Below, piece after piece: positions 21,638 through 31,615 of a DNA stretch of 64,000 nt. This stretch comes from Candidatus Aenigmatarchaeota archaeon. Lineage in GTDB: Archaea; Aenigmatarchaeota; Aenigmatarchaeia; CG10238-14. The first letter of the stretch is position 1, and each line of letters starts with the position of its first letter. The position numbers and the translations under genes are program-made. The stretch spans positions 323,067 to 387,066 of the forward strand of contig JASEGC010000001.1 of the NCBI GenBank assembly GCA_030018415.1, in the 5' to 3' direction. Under the pieces are notes generated by a model that searched no databases, was not told where the DNA came from, and worked only from the letters and a program-made list of their open reading frames with translations.

Positions 21638-23107
21638 ATGAAAATACTACTTTTGAACCCATCATTCTTACCAAGATACACAAGAGCTTCGCGCAGCCCA
21701 TGCGTGGCACGAGGAGGTACTTTTTACTATCCTTATTTTTTGGCTTATGCCTGCGGGGTTTTAGAGAAAAATGGTTTTGACGGTAAAGTTAAGCTAGTAG
21801 ATGCTGTTGCTAATGAATGGGATCATAAAAAAACCGTAAGGTTTGTTAAATTTTTTGCTCCAAATTTAGTTGTTATTGATACGTCTACACCGAGCATATA
21901 CAATGACATAGAAGTTGCAACAAAGATTAAAAAAGCTTTACCAAAGGTTCACATCAACTTAGTTGGTACTCATCCTACAAGAGTAACAGATGAAACTTTT
22001 GGTTTGTCTAAAGCTATAGATTCAATCTGTAGAGACGAGTATGATTATACTTTAGTCGATTTAGCTAAAGCTATAGAAAAAGGTAAACCTTTAAAAGGAA
22101 TAAAAGGACTTTCCTTCAGGAAAGATGGAAAAATTATTCACAATGAACCGAGGGAAAGAATTAAAAATTTAGATGAACTACCATTTGTCTCAGAAGTCTA
22201 CGAAAAACACTTTGGAATAGGAGGAATTAAAAGATATTTCTATGCTTCTTTAAAACATCCACAAGTAACAATTTTAACAGCCAGAGGATGTCCTTTCAAC
22301 TGCTTATTTTGTAATATACCGTTCAAAGCTTCCTATAGGGCGAGATCTCCCAAAAATGTAATCGAAGAATTTGAGTATATCCAAACTGAATTGCCAGAAG
22401 TTAATGAAGTGATGATAGAAGACGACACCTTTCCTATATCAAAAGAAAGAACTTTGAAGGTTTGCAAGCTTTTGAAAGAAAGAGGAATTAAATTGACATG
22501 GTCCTGTAACGCAAGAGTAAACACCGATTTGGAAACTTTGAAAGCCATGAAAGAAAGTGGTTGTCGTTTGCTTTGTGTTGGTTTTGAGTCCCCAGTTCAA
22601 TCAGTTTTGGATGAAGTACACAAAAAAACAACTGCTGAAATGCAAATCAAGTTCATGAATGATTGTAGAAAAGTTGGTTTATTGGTTAACGGTTGTTTTA
22701 TCCTTGGGATGCCTGGAGATACGAAAGAAACTATAAGAGAAACGATAGAGTTTGCGAAAAAACTAAATCCAGATACAGCACAATTCTACTCGGCTTACGC
22801 TTATCCTGGAACAGAGATGTGGGATTGGGCAAAAGAAAACGGTTATTTAACTTCAGAGAGGTATGACGCTTTGCTAACAGAAGAAGGTTATCATAAAGGA
22901 AACATTAATCTTCCTGATCTACCGGCTGAGGAAGTTGATAGATTATGCAGAGAAGCTCTAAAGGAGTTCTATCTCAGGAAAGATTACATATTTTATAAGC
23001 TTAGTCAAATCATTACCAATTTTGATGAAGCCAGAAGGACATTGATGTCAGGAAGGTTTTTTTTCAAGCATATACTCCTACCACAACCACAGGCAGCATC
23101 TCCTTAA
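21638..23107 (+). CDS. B12-binding radical SAM protein (HpnJ-like), paralog 1
   Basis: FYYPYFLAYACG, DTSTPS and ARGCPFNCLFC motifs. Confidence 0.9.
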   Translation: MKILLLNPSFLPRYTRASRSPCVARGGTFYYPYFLAYACGVLEKNGFDGKVKLVDAVANEWDHKKTVRFVKFFAPNLVVIDTSTPSIYNDIEVATKIKKALPKVHINLVGTHPTRVTDETFGLSKAIDSICRDEYDYTLVDLAKAIEKGKPLKGIKGLSFRKDGKIIHNEPRERIKNLDELPFVSEVYEKHFGIGGIKRYFYASLKHPQVTILTARGCPFNCLFCNIPFKASYRARSPKNVIEEFEYIQTELPEVNEVMIEDDTFPISKERTLKVCKLLKERGIKLTWSCNARVNTDLETLKAMKESGCRLLCVGFESPVQSVLDEVHKKTTAEMQIKFMNDCRKVGLLVNGCFILGMPGDTKETIRETIEFAKKLNPDTAQFYSAYAYPGTEMWDWAKENGYLTSERYDALLTEEGYHKGNINLPDLPAEEVDRLCREALKEFYLRKDYIFYKLSQIITNFDEARRTLMSGRFFFKHILLPQPQAASP

Positions 23108-23135
23108 GTATAAATTTTCTCAAGAGTACAATCTT

Positions 23136-24128
23136 TTGAAGAAAATGTTATCAGTCATAATCCCAGCTTACAACGCAGAAAAAACGATTGCTTCTACTAT
23201 TAAGGCTTTACTAGATCAGAATTACCCAAAAAATAAATATGAAATAATAATCGTTGACGATGGGTCTGTTGACAAAACAGTTGAAGTTGCTTCCCAGTTT
23301 CCAGTAAAAGTCATAAAGTTGAAACATAATGGTCCAGCCCATGCAAGGAACATGGGAGCAAAAAAAGCCAAGGGTAGTATTATTCTCTTCACAGACTCTG
23401 ATTGCATTCCCGATAAGAATTGGATTAGAGAAATGATAAAACCCCTTAAAAATTCTGGGGTCGTTGGAGTATCAGGGACTTACAAGACCTTGAATCAAGA
23501 TAAACTCATGGCAAGGTTTATTGGATATGAGATCGAGCAAAGACATGATAACATGAAAAAACTTAAGTATATCGATTTCGTGGGAACTTTCAGTGCCGCT
23601 TACAAAAAAGATATCTTCCTTAAGTTCGGTGGTTTTGATGAAAGGTTTAAAAAAGCTTCTGGTGAAGATCCTGAGTTATCGTTTAGGATTTCGAAAGCAA
23701 GCTTAAAGATGGTTTTTAATCCCAAAGCCTTTGTTTATCATCCCCACATCGATTCGTTCTGGAAATACCTAAAATGGAAATACGAAAGAGCTGTATGGAG
23801 AAACTTGATGTACTGGGAAAAACACAAAGAAAAAGTTTTTTCAGATAGTTATACTCCTAGGATGTTGTTACCACAAATTCTTTTATCTGGTTTGGTCGTT
23901 TTAGCATCTTTGATACCGATTCTACTCGGGCAAATATCTCTTATCTTCATTCCCCTTGTTCTACTCTTGGTTATAGCTTTCATTTTCAACTTAGATGTTA
24001 TCGTCTTTATTTGGAGAAGGGAAAAAAAGTTAGCCGTATTATCTCCGCTCGTATTTTTCTTCAGGAATATTTCTGTATTGGTAGGAGTAATCGTGGGAGT
24101 TTTAAAATTTTTATTCAAGAAGTTTTAA
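23136..24128 (+). CDS. Glycosyltransferase family 2 with C-terminal TMs
   Basis: IIPAYNAE, DDGS, GPAHARN, FTDSDC and GEDPELSFR motifs. Confidence 0.9.
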   Translation: MKKMLSVIIPAYNAEKTIASTIKALLDQNYPKNKYEIIIVDDGSVDKTVEVASQFPVKVIKLKHNGPAHARNMGAKKAKGSIILFTDSDCIPDKNWIREMIKPLKNSGVVGVSGTYKTLNQDKLMARFIGYEIEQRHDNMKKLKYIDFVGTFSAAYKKDIFLKFGGFDERFKKASGEDPELSFRISKASLKMVFNPKAFVYHPHIDSFWKYLKWKYERAVWRNLMYWEKHKEKVFSDSYTPRMLLPQILLSGLVVLASLIPILLGQISLIFIPLVLLLVIAFIFNLDVIVFIWRREKKLAVLSPLVFFFRNISVLVGVIVGVLKFLFKKF

Positions 24129-24159
24129 CAAACTTTGATTGTACTGAAAGGATGTTTAC

Positions 24160-25773
24160 TTAAACTATCTCATAAATGATATTTCCATCACAACCTCCTT
24201 GTTGTAAGCATTGTTCCAAAGATGGCCCATTTTCGTATATCTTTTTAAAGTGTTGTGGGTTGTCTTCTAAGAATTTTACAAAATCGATGTCATAATTTTC
24301 TGAAAAGTGCTGATTTCTATAGTCGATGCTGAACTTTTGAATGAATATATGAGTGATTCCATGTTGCTTCGCCACATCTACAGTATAGTTAACATCCCTA
24401 CTCAGAGCTATGTCAGGGATTGTACCTGTTCCCACAGCATTCCTTTGGCAGTTATACAAAGCTCTCCAGCCCCAAACAGTGTATAAGGAGACATTTTTAG
24501 GAGTGTTTTCCTTCACCCAGTTGCATGCCTCGAAGAAGATAGGTGAGAATTGTTTGACTCTAAACATCACATCGAGTTTTGATCTGACATTCTGATAACT
24601 GAAGAAAAATATAGCGAGAAAAACTACAAGTGCAATGTATTTTTGGTAGTTCTTTAAAAAATTATACAGTTCTGCAAAATAAACACCAGATACTAAGGCA
24701 AATACAGGGACCCAACCTAGAGTATTTCTGGCTGTGTCTTCAGCTCTATCAGTTGAGAAATAAAACATGACAAAAAACAGTAAGAGATAAATTGCGATGT
24801 AACTAGTTACATATCTCCTCTTTGAAAATAAAATTATTAATCCGCTAAAAGTACCTAATAAAATCAACCATATGTTACCGTAGGCGAAATCTAAATAGTT
24901 AACAATGCCCATACTATAAACACTTTGTTCTGTACCTACTTGTTCTACTCGACCAGCGAAATGATATTTTTCCTCGAATTCATCCGTGGAACATTTGCTG
25001 TTATCAAAAATATTTATGAGTGGTAAATCACGACAAAGTGGGTTGTTGAAATAGTAAATATTTCTTATGAGAAAAGTGCTTGGTATTAAAATAAGAATTG
25101 ATAGTAATATGGTGTATTTTTTAATGATGTTTGAGAACTTCTTTTTTATCATCAATTCGTAAAGAAGCCCGATCAAAACGAAAGGGTAGATTGCTAAACC
25201 AGATATATCAGTTAAGAAGGCAAGGCCACCAAAAATACCAGCTAAAATCAAAATTTTTTTGTTATCATCCTTCATCGCGATAAGAAACAAAAGAAAAAAT
25301 AGAGTAACATACAATGTATACAAAGTATCCGTATAAAACAAGACAGAGTAAGTAACAAGGGAAGGTATGGTCACTGAGAAAATAGCTGCGATAAGGCCAA
25401 CTTTTTCATTCCAAATTTTTTTGGTTAGCAGGTAGACGACTATACCGATTAAAAAAGTAGTGAATGGGGTTAAAAATTTAATTATACTATCTTCATGACC
25501 CAAAAGAAGAAAGAAACTCCCTTCCAACAAGTTAAACAAAGGAGGTCTTACGAACCCACCATAATTGAGTTTTGTTTCCCCCATTCCAGTTAAAACGGGG
25601 TATTCAACTTCTTCAGCCATATACTGGGCCATTCTGGTATGAAACCCTTCATCTCCAAAAGCTATAGGAGAGTTGAAAGTAACTTGCAACTTTAAAACCA
25701 GTATAATCGAAAGAAAAACCAATAAAATAATTATTTCCGGCCTTTTAATTTCAATCGTTATTTCCTTTTCCAT
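24160..25773 (-). CDS. GT-C fold (PMT/ArnT-like) membrane glycosyltransferase
   Basis: GDEGFH and RPPLF motifs; multi-TM; IRNIYYFNNP. Confidence 0.75.
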   Translation of the reverse strand: MEKEITIEIKRPEIIILLVFLSIILVLKLQVTFNSPIAFGDEGFHTRMAQYMAEEVEYPVLTGMGETKLNYGGFVRPPLFNLLEGSFFLLLGHEDSIIKFLTPFTTFLIGIVVYLLTKKIWNEKVGLIAAIFSVTIPSLVTYSVLFYTDTLYTLYVTLFFLLFLIAMKDDNKKILILAGIFGGLAFLTDISGLAIYPFVLIGLLYELMIKKKFSNIIKKYTILLSILILIPSTFLIRNIYYFNNPLCRDLPLINIFDNSKCSTDEFEEKYHFAGRVEQVGTEQSVYSMGIVNYLDFAYGNIWLILLGTFSGLIILFSKRRYVTSYIAIYLLLFFVMFYFSTDRAEDTARNTLGWVPVFALVSGVYFAELYNFLKNYQKYIALVVFLAIFFFSYQNVRSKLDVMFRVKQFSPIFFEACNWVKENTPKNVSLYTVWGWRALYNCQRNAVGTGTIPDIALSRDVNYTVDVAKQHGITHIFIQKFSIDYRNQHFSENYDIDFVKFLEDNPQHFKKIYENGPSLEQCLQQGGCDGNIIYEIV

Positions 25774-25805
25774 GCTTCCACTTCTAATGAATTTTAAAAA
25801 TACAG

Positions 25806-26801
25806 TTATACTAATTTATCTCTTATGAAACTTAATAAACCAAACAACAACCCGCTTGCCCACACGAATCCCCTTATAAAAAATAAGAATGCAATAAGAA
25901 TAGCAACTTTGTAATCCTTTTTTTTCAACGGAATTACAGTAGCTGGTATATGGATGATTAAAAGCACAAATGAAAAAACGAGAAATAAGAATTTTGAAAT
26001 TAAAAGAGAGAACGGAAGTAAAATATACAAGAACGGTTGAATTAAGGTTGTTATTCCTGCGTATTCATCCCCTTTCATAAATTCAGGTCTTCTTAGGTAG
26101 AGGAGAACTCTCCAGAAAGCATGATTAAATTGTTTTTTGAAGTATTCTACCAGAGATTCAGGATGCTTATGCCACACGTATGTATTCTTCAAGAAAATCA
26201 GATGGTATCCACTCTTTATTATTCTATAGCTTAAGTCGTTATCTTCTGCAGATGCAGTTTTAAAACTAGTATCGAACCCTTTCAACTTCTCAAGAATATC
26301 ACGTCGATAAGCAGTGCTATAACTGGCTAAAAAATTTGTTTTTTCACTGATCTTATTATGTCTTTGTTCTATTTCATATCCAACAAACCTAGCAATCCAG
26401 GAATTTTTATTCCATGTTTGGTACTTTACGCCCACACCAGCGACTTTTTCATTCTCGAATGGTTTTAGTATGTTTTTTAACCAATTCTTCCCGACTTTAC
26501 AATCAGAATCAAGAAAGATTACTATTTTCCCTCTAGCTTTTTTCCATCCGAGGTTTCTAGCTTCGGCTGGGCCTTTGTGTCTTTGTTTTACTAGTTTTAT
26601 CGGATAATTCTTCACTATTCTCAGCGTATTATCTTTGCTTCCATCATCGATAACGATTATTTCCACTTTCTCCCTGAATTTCTTTCTTTGTTTTAATAAA
26701 GAGTCTAAGACTTCTCTTATCGTGCTTTCAGAATTATAAGTCGGGATAACTATTGATATCATTAATCTTAAATAACTATTCAAAATATTTGTTTTTATCA
26801 T
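25806..26801 (-). CDS. Glycosyltransferase family 2 (paralog of 23136..24128)
   Basis: IVIPTYNS, DDGS, GPAEARN, LDSDC and AEDNDLSYR motifs; probable start 26762. Confidence 0.9.
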   Translation of the reverse strand: MIKTNILNSYLRLMISIVIPTYNSESTIREVLDSLLKQRKKFREKVEIIVIDDGSKDNTLRIVKNYPIKLVKQRHKGPAEARNLGWKKARGKIVIFLDSDCKVGKNWLKNILKPFENEKVAGVGVKYQTWNKNSWIARFVGYEIEQRHNKISEKTNFLASYSTAYRRDILEKLKGFDTSFKTASAEDNDLSYRIIKSGYHLIFLKNTYVWHKHPESLVEYFKKQFNHAFWRVLLYLRRPEFMKGDEYAGITTLIQPFLYILLPFSLLISKFLFLVFSFVLLIIHIPATVIPLKKKDYKVAILIAFLFFIRGFVWASGLLFGLLSFIRDKLV

Positions 26802-26805
26802 AAGA

Positions 26806-28278
26806 GTGGTATCAATGAGAATCTTATTACTTAACCCACCTTTTTTACCGAGATACTCTAGACAGAGTAGATCGCCTTGTGTGAGTAAAGGTGGTACCTT
26901 CTATTTGCCATATTATTTGGCATATGCGGCAGGAGCTTTGGAGAAATCAGGATTTTCTGATATTAAGCTCATGGATGCTATAGCAAAGAATTGGTCTCGT
27001 AAAGAAACGATAAATTTTATCAAGTCCTTTAATCCAGATTTGATAATTGTTGATACAAGTACTCCAAGCATCCATAATGATGTCGAAGTTGCAGCTGAGA
27101 TAAAAAAAGCTTTACCAAATTCTCATGTTAACCTAGTTGGGACCCATCTAACCAGAAAAACAGAAGAAACTTTTGGTTTATCAGAAGCTATAGATTCAAT
27201 TTGTAGAGGAGAATATGATTTTACCTTAGTTGAGCTAGCCGAAGCTATAGAAAGTGAAAAACCTCTAAGAGAGATTGAAGGCTTATCTTTCAGAGAAGAT
27301 GGGAAAATTTTTCATAATCCTGAAAGACCATTGCTTACTTCAAAAGAATTGGATGAATTACCGTTTGTTTCTGAAGTCTATAAAAAACACTTGAACATAT
27401 GGGATTACTTTTATGCGTCTCTACTCTACCCACAAGTCACCATCTTAACTGCAAGAGGATGTCCGTTTAGTTGTAGCTTCTGTAACATACCTTTCAAAAA
27501 TTCTTACAGACCTAGAAGTCCAGAGAATGTGGTTGATGAATTTGAATACATTCAAGATGAATTACCGGAAGTAAGAGAAGTTATGATAGAGGACGATACT
27601 TTTCCAGTTTCAAAGAGAAGAACCATCGAAATTTCTGATTTGTTGATTAAAAGGAAAATAAAGATTTCTTGGTCATGTAATGCAAGAGTCGATACAGATT
27701 ACGAAACTTTGAAAAGAATGAAAGATGCTGGTTGCAGGCTATTATGCGTGGGGTTCGAGAGTCCTGTTCAAAAAACTCTAAACACTGTTCATAAAAAAAC
27801 AACTGCTAGAATGCAATTAGAGTTTATGAAGAATTGCAACAAACTTGGTTTACTGGTTAATGGGTGTTTTATTCTTGGCTTACCAGGAGATACAGAGGAA
27901 ACTATAAAAGAAACGATAGAATTTGCAAAAAAACTTAATCCTGATACTGTTCAATTCTATCCTCTTTTCTTATACCCAGGAACGGAAGCCTGGGATTGGG
28001 CAGAAGAAAATGGGTATCTTGCCAGCAAAGATTACTCAGCTTTGTTAACTAGAGAAGGTAAACACTTAAGTAATGCAGATTTACCTGGTTTAAACCATCT
28101 AAGGGCTACTTATCTTTGTGATAAGGCATTGAGAGAGTTCTACCTTCGACCAAAATACATTTTTTACAAACTCTTTCAGATTCTTTCCAACTTAGGAGAA
28201 GCTCAAAGGACTTTTCTTTCAGCAAAAATTTTCTTCAAGAACTTAATTTCTCCTTCCGTCCAACAAGCGTCTCTTTAA
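26806..28278 (+). CDS. B12-binding radical SAM protein (HpnJ-like), paralog 2
   Basis: ARGCPFSCSFC; collinear with and highly similar to 21638..23107. Confidence 0.9.
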   Translation: MVSMRILLLNPPFLPRYSRQSRSPCVSKGGTFYLPYYLAYAAGALEKSGFSDIKLMDAIAKNWSRKETINFIKSFNPDLIIVDTSTPSIHNDVEVAAEIKKALPNSHVNLVGTHLTRKTEETFGLSEAIDSICRGEYDFTLVELAEAIESEKPLREIEGLSFREDGKIFHNPERPLLTSKELDELPFVSEVYKKHLNIWDYFYASLLYPQVTILTARGCPFSCSFCNIPFKNSYRPRSPENVVDEFEYIQDELPEVREVMIEDDTFPVSKRRTIEISDLLIKRKIKISWSCNARVDTDYETLKRMKDAGCRLLCVGFESPVQKTLNTVHKKTTARMQLEFMKNCNKLGLLVNGCFILGLPGDTEETIKETIEFAKKLNPDTVQFYPLFLYPGTEAWDWAEENGYLASKDYSALLTREGKHLSNADLPGLNHLRATYLCDKALREFYLRPKYIFYKLFQILSNLGEAQRTFLSAKIFFKNLISPSVQQASL

Positions 28279-29530
28279 ATAATTTTTGGTAAAAATTTTC
28301 CGATTTTTCTTATTATTTGAGATAATTATTTCTTAACTTAAAAAATAATTTCTTGAGGAAAATTAACAACTCTTCTAAAAATGGAACAATTGCTATTTGT
28401 CTAAATTTTACTATATGAAAATTATTATTTGTTAGCATCCTTATAAAGTTGGGTTTAGTGAAAATTTCTTATGATCTTCAAAAAATGAACATAAAATCAA
28501 GTGTTAGTATTTAGTAATTCAACCGTAATGACAAATGCCCCGATAAAAATTAGCACTGGTAAATCATAAGTTAGAAAATAAAGCTAGAGGAACATACAAT
28601 GAAAAATTTGGATTGGTTGATTTTATCAATAAACTCGAAAAATTTTATGAAAAAACTTTTTGAAGGAATTTTAATTCTTTACACTAAGAAATTTTTCTAA
28701 ACGCAAAAACCCAACCTGTAGCTATTGCTGGGGTCATCTTACCAAGCAAAATATCGACCAATAAAAAATTTTTATAGAATGGTAGGAATCCTAAACTTTC
28801 ACCGAACATCGGTCTAGGGTAAAAATCAATCAATTCAAATCCATATTTTTGTAATAAAATTTTGAATTCATTTGGTTTCCAATAGTGTTTGTGTTCTTCT
28901 AGTTTCAGAAATAAATTAAGAACCTCCCAAAAGGACGATTTATTCGGTATGCTTACTATTAGCAAACCATTGGATTTAAGATGATTATGAATTTTCTTTA
29001 AACTTTTATTGGGGTATTTTAAATGCTCTAAAATATCTAAAGCGAGAATTAAGTCAAACTTTTCTTTAAAATCAATTTTTACAATTTTTCTTGCAATGTT
29101 GAGTCTATCTTTGTTAACGTTAATGCCGATAACATTCCATTTTTCGCTTAAAATCAAAGTTAACAAACCACATCCGCAACCTATATCCAGAATTAACACT
29201 AAATGATATTTGTACTAGTCTTAAAATAGCTGAGCCAAAAAAATTTTTGCAATTAAATCATTGCTTGCTATCAAATACATTTGATGGATTTGTAAACATC
29301 CGCAGGCATGTGCATCCACATCTTTGTCTAGCTAGTTGGAATTGTTCTGTAGTCGCTATTAATCCTTTTATGTATTTGGTAACTTCATTTCTAAAAGACA
29401 AAACCTTAGTTATTCGTTCAAGCTAACCCAGTAATGTAATGTTCTTTTCCCTTAGATGCTAACCTTCACACAACCTACATTCAAATCTACTCTCTCTATA
29501 CATTTTCTTATCTCAAGGTTGTCTGCCTTT
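28275..29530 (-). pseudogene. Degraded methyltransferase gene(s); largest fragment 28684..29199
   Basis: ILDIGCGCG and DILEHL motifs in a shortened ORF lacking a proper N-terminus; flanks full of stops and frameshifts. Confidence 0.6.
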
Positions 29531-30497
29531 ACAAATTTATAATAAATTTTCATTCTAGGCATAAACCATTATAAATATTTCTTAATTTTTTTGCAATTAT
29601 TTTCCAGTCTAATTTTTCTTCCGCTGTTTTTCGTGCATTTCTTTCTATTTTCTTTCTAAGCATCTCATTATACAACAATTCAACTGTTGCTTCACCGAAC
29701 TTCTTTGGATTATTCGAAGTCAAAATGCCATTATGATAGTTTTCTATAATTTCTTTGGCAACACCAACATTACTTGCAACTACGGCTTTTCCGCTAGCTA
29801 AGTATTCGCCAAGTTTAACAGGACTTCTTGAGTGGTTAGCCAAATTATCCTTCATCGGTAGTACGACCACATCTGCAGCTCCGATGAATTCAGGTACCAA
29901 TTCCCTTCTTTTATGACCAACAAAAATTACATTTCTTTCAAGTTTTAATTTTTTAACTCGTTCAAAAAATTCTATTTTCCTCGGTCCATCTCCTACAATT
30001 ATTAATTTTGCAGGAAGATCATTTACAACATATTTCATAGCGTCTATAACTATATCTAAATCGCACGACTTGTAAAGAACACCAACAAAAACAATCAGAG
30101 GACAACTGAATTTATCTCTAATTTTTGAACCCTTATATTTCGGTTTAAAAAAATCAACATCAACTCCGTTTGGTATCAAGTACACTTTTGAATTAAATTT
30201 TTCGGCTATTTTTTTAGAAAAGTGGTAACTGTTACTATCGCATCGGCTTTTCTTACGCATGATATCTGGAATGAATCCAAAAAATCCCTGAGAAAGAATG
30301 GATCGAATTCAGCGAAGCCGCCTTCCCCCTCCCAATCGTCCCAATCGAGTATTAGCTTTGCACCCTTCAATTTTGAAATAACATAAGAAGGAATAAATGA
30401 ACTCAGCAAAGGTTTAAAACAATGTACAATATCATAATCTTTCATGAATTTTATAACTTTGTAGAAAATACCATGTGAAAGTGTTAAGTACAAACTT

Positions 30498-31361
30498 TAG
30501 GGGTGTGCAAAATTACAACACACCCCAGCTCTAATTCTTATGTATGAACAAAGCCTATGAAATAGTTAGACTCTTGATAAATAAAAAGATTGTTCATGAA
30601 AAACATGGAAGAGGCAGAAAGGGCTACGGAGTACTGAGGAGGGTTAGACTTCTAGCGTATGCGATGCTCAAGAGGATACACACTGACAAGGGTTTGATAG
30701 AACACTTGAAGAAGAACCCAAGAGTAACGAGAATATTGGGATTCAAGACAATTCCACACAGAACAACTATAGGAAGGTGGAAGAACCATTCTGATGCATT
30801 AAAACAAACCTTCAACAGATTGAGTGACATGATTCAATCGATGATACCGACTGAGCTTCTGATAGTAGACTCGACTCCTCTAGAGGATGATGATCCTGAT
30901 GCAAGAGTAGGCTTCTACTCCAGAGGACCATTCAAGGGATTCAAGACTCATTCGAGCATTAACCAGGCTGGCATACCTTTGAGAGCAGAAGTGACAACAG
31001 GGAACAGACACGATTGTCCATTGCTGCCAAAGTTACTAGTCAAGTCAGTCCAAACTCTGGGGGATTCAGGATATGACAGTAAGAGTAACAGGAAGGCTAT
31101 CAGGAGCATTGGTAGCAAATCAATCATAGCCAAGAACAGAAGGAGGTCGAAGAAGAGGAGATGGGTGCCGAAGATTCTCAAGAAGAAACGATACATAGTT
31201 GAACAGTTCAATTCATTACTCAAAGAAGTTCTCAGAGAATGCTGGAAGAGGTTCAGAGGATTAGAGAAGAAAGCTTCAGTAGTCTACTCAGCGTTGATAT
31301 CGATACTGTTGATTGCTCTACAAGCGATGATAAGAAAGTTAATTAATTTTGCACACATCTA
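30498..31361 (+). mobile_element. IS5-family-like insertion sequence
   Basis: TIR TAG(GG/AT)GTGTGCAAAATTA; 9-bp TSD TACAAACTT at 30489-30497 and 31362-31370. Confidence 0.88.
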
Positions 31362-31386
31362 TACAAACTTTTTAAATAGGGAGTGA
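30544..31386 (+). CDS. DDE transposase
   Basis: IVDSTP, GFKTH, GDSGYDS and RYIVEQFNS motifs. Confidence 0.88.
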   Translation: MNKAYEIVRLLINKKIVHEKHGRGRKGYGVLRRVRLLAYAMLKRIHTDKGLIEHLKKNPRVTRILGFKTIPHRTTIGRWKNHSDALKQTFNRLSDMIQSMIPTELLIVDSTPLEDDDPDARVGFYSRGPFKGFKTHSSINQAGIPLRAEVTTGNRHDCPLLPKLLVKSVQTLGDSGYDSKSNRKAIRSIGSKSIIAKNRRRSKKRRWVPKILKKKRYIVEQFNSLLKEVLRECWKRFRGLEKKASVVYSALISILLIALQAMIRKLINFAHIYTNFLNRE

Positions 31387-31615
31387 ATTTTATGTTTAAT
31401 TCTTCAAACCACTCTCCGGCATTATTACTCTTACTACCATCAAAAACTACTTCTACATCAAATTTCTTTGAAACATTTTTTGCCAAATTCAATATTCTTG
31501 TAGCATTTCCACTAGTTATATCAGAGTAAGACATCATGCAGATTTTCAAGCTTTCACCTATAAAACATTAATAAAAGTAACATTCAAATATCAAAGTATA
31601 TCTTAAGGCATTGGC

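Larger units (their letters stand above)
29550..31549 (-). pseudogene. GT4 glycosyltransferase split by an IS and a 1-nt frameshift
   Basis: Removing the IS and one TSD copy joins PYLKSLY-LTLSHG in frame; the A7 run near 30210 lacks one base; C-terminal SPVKLGEYLASG. Confidence 0.85.
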
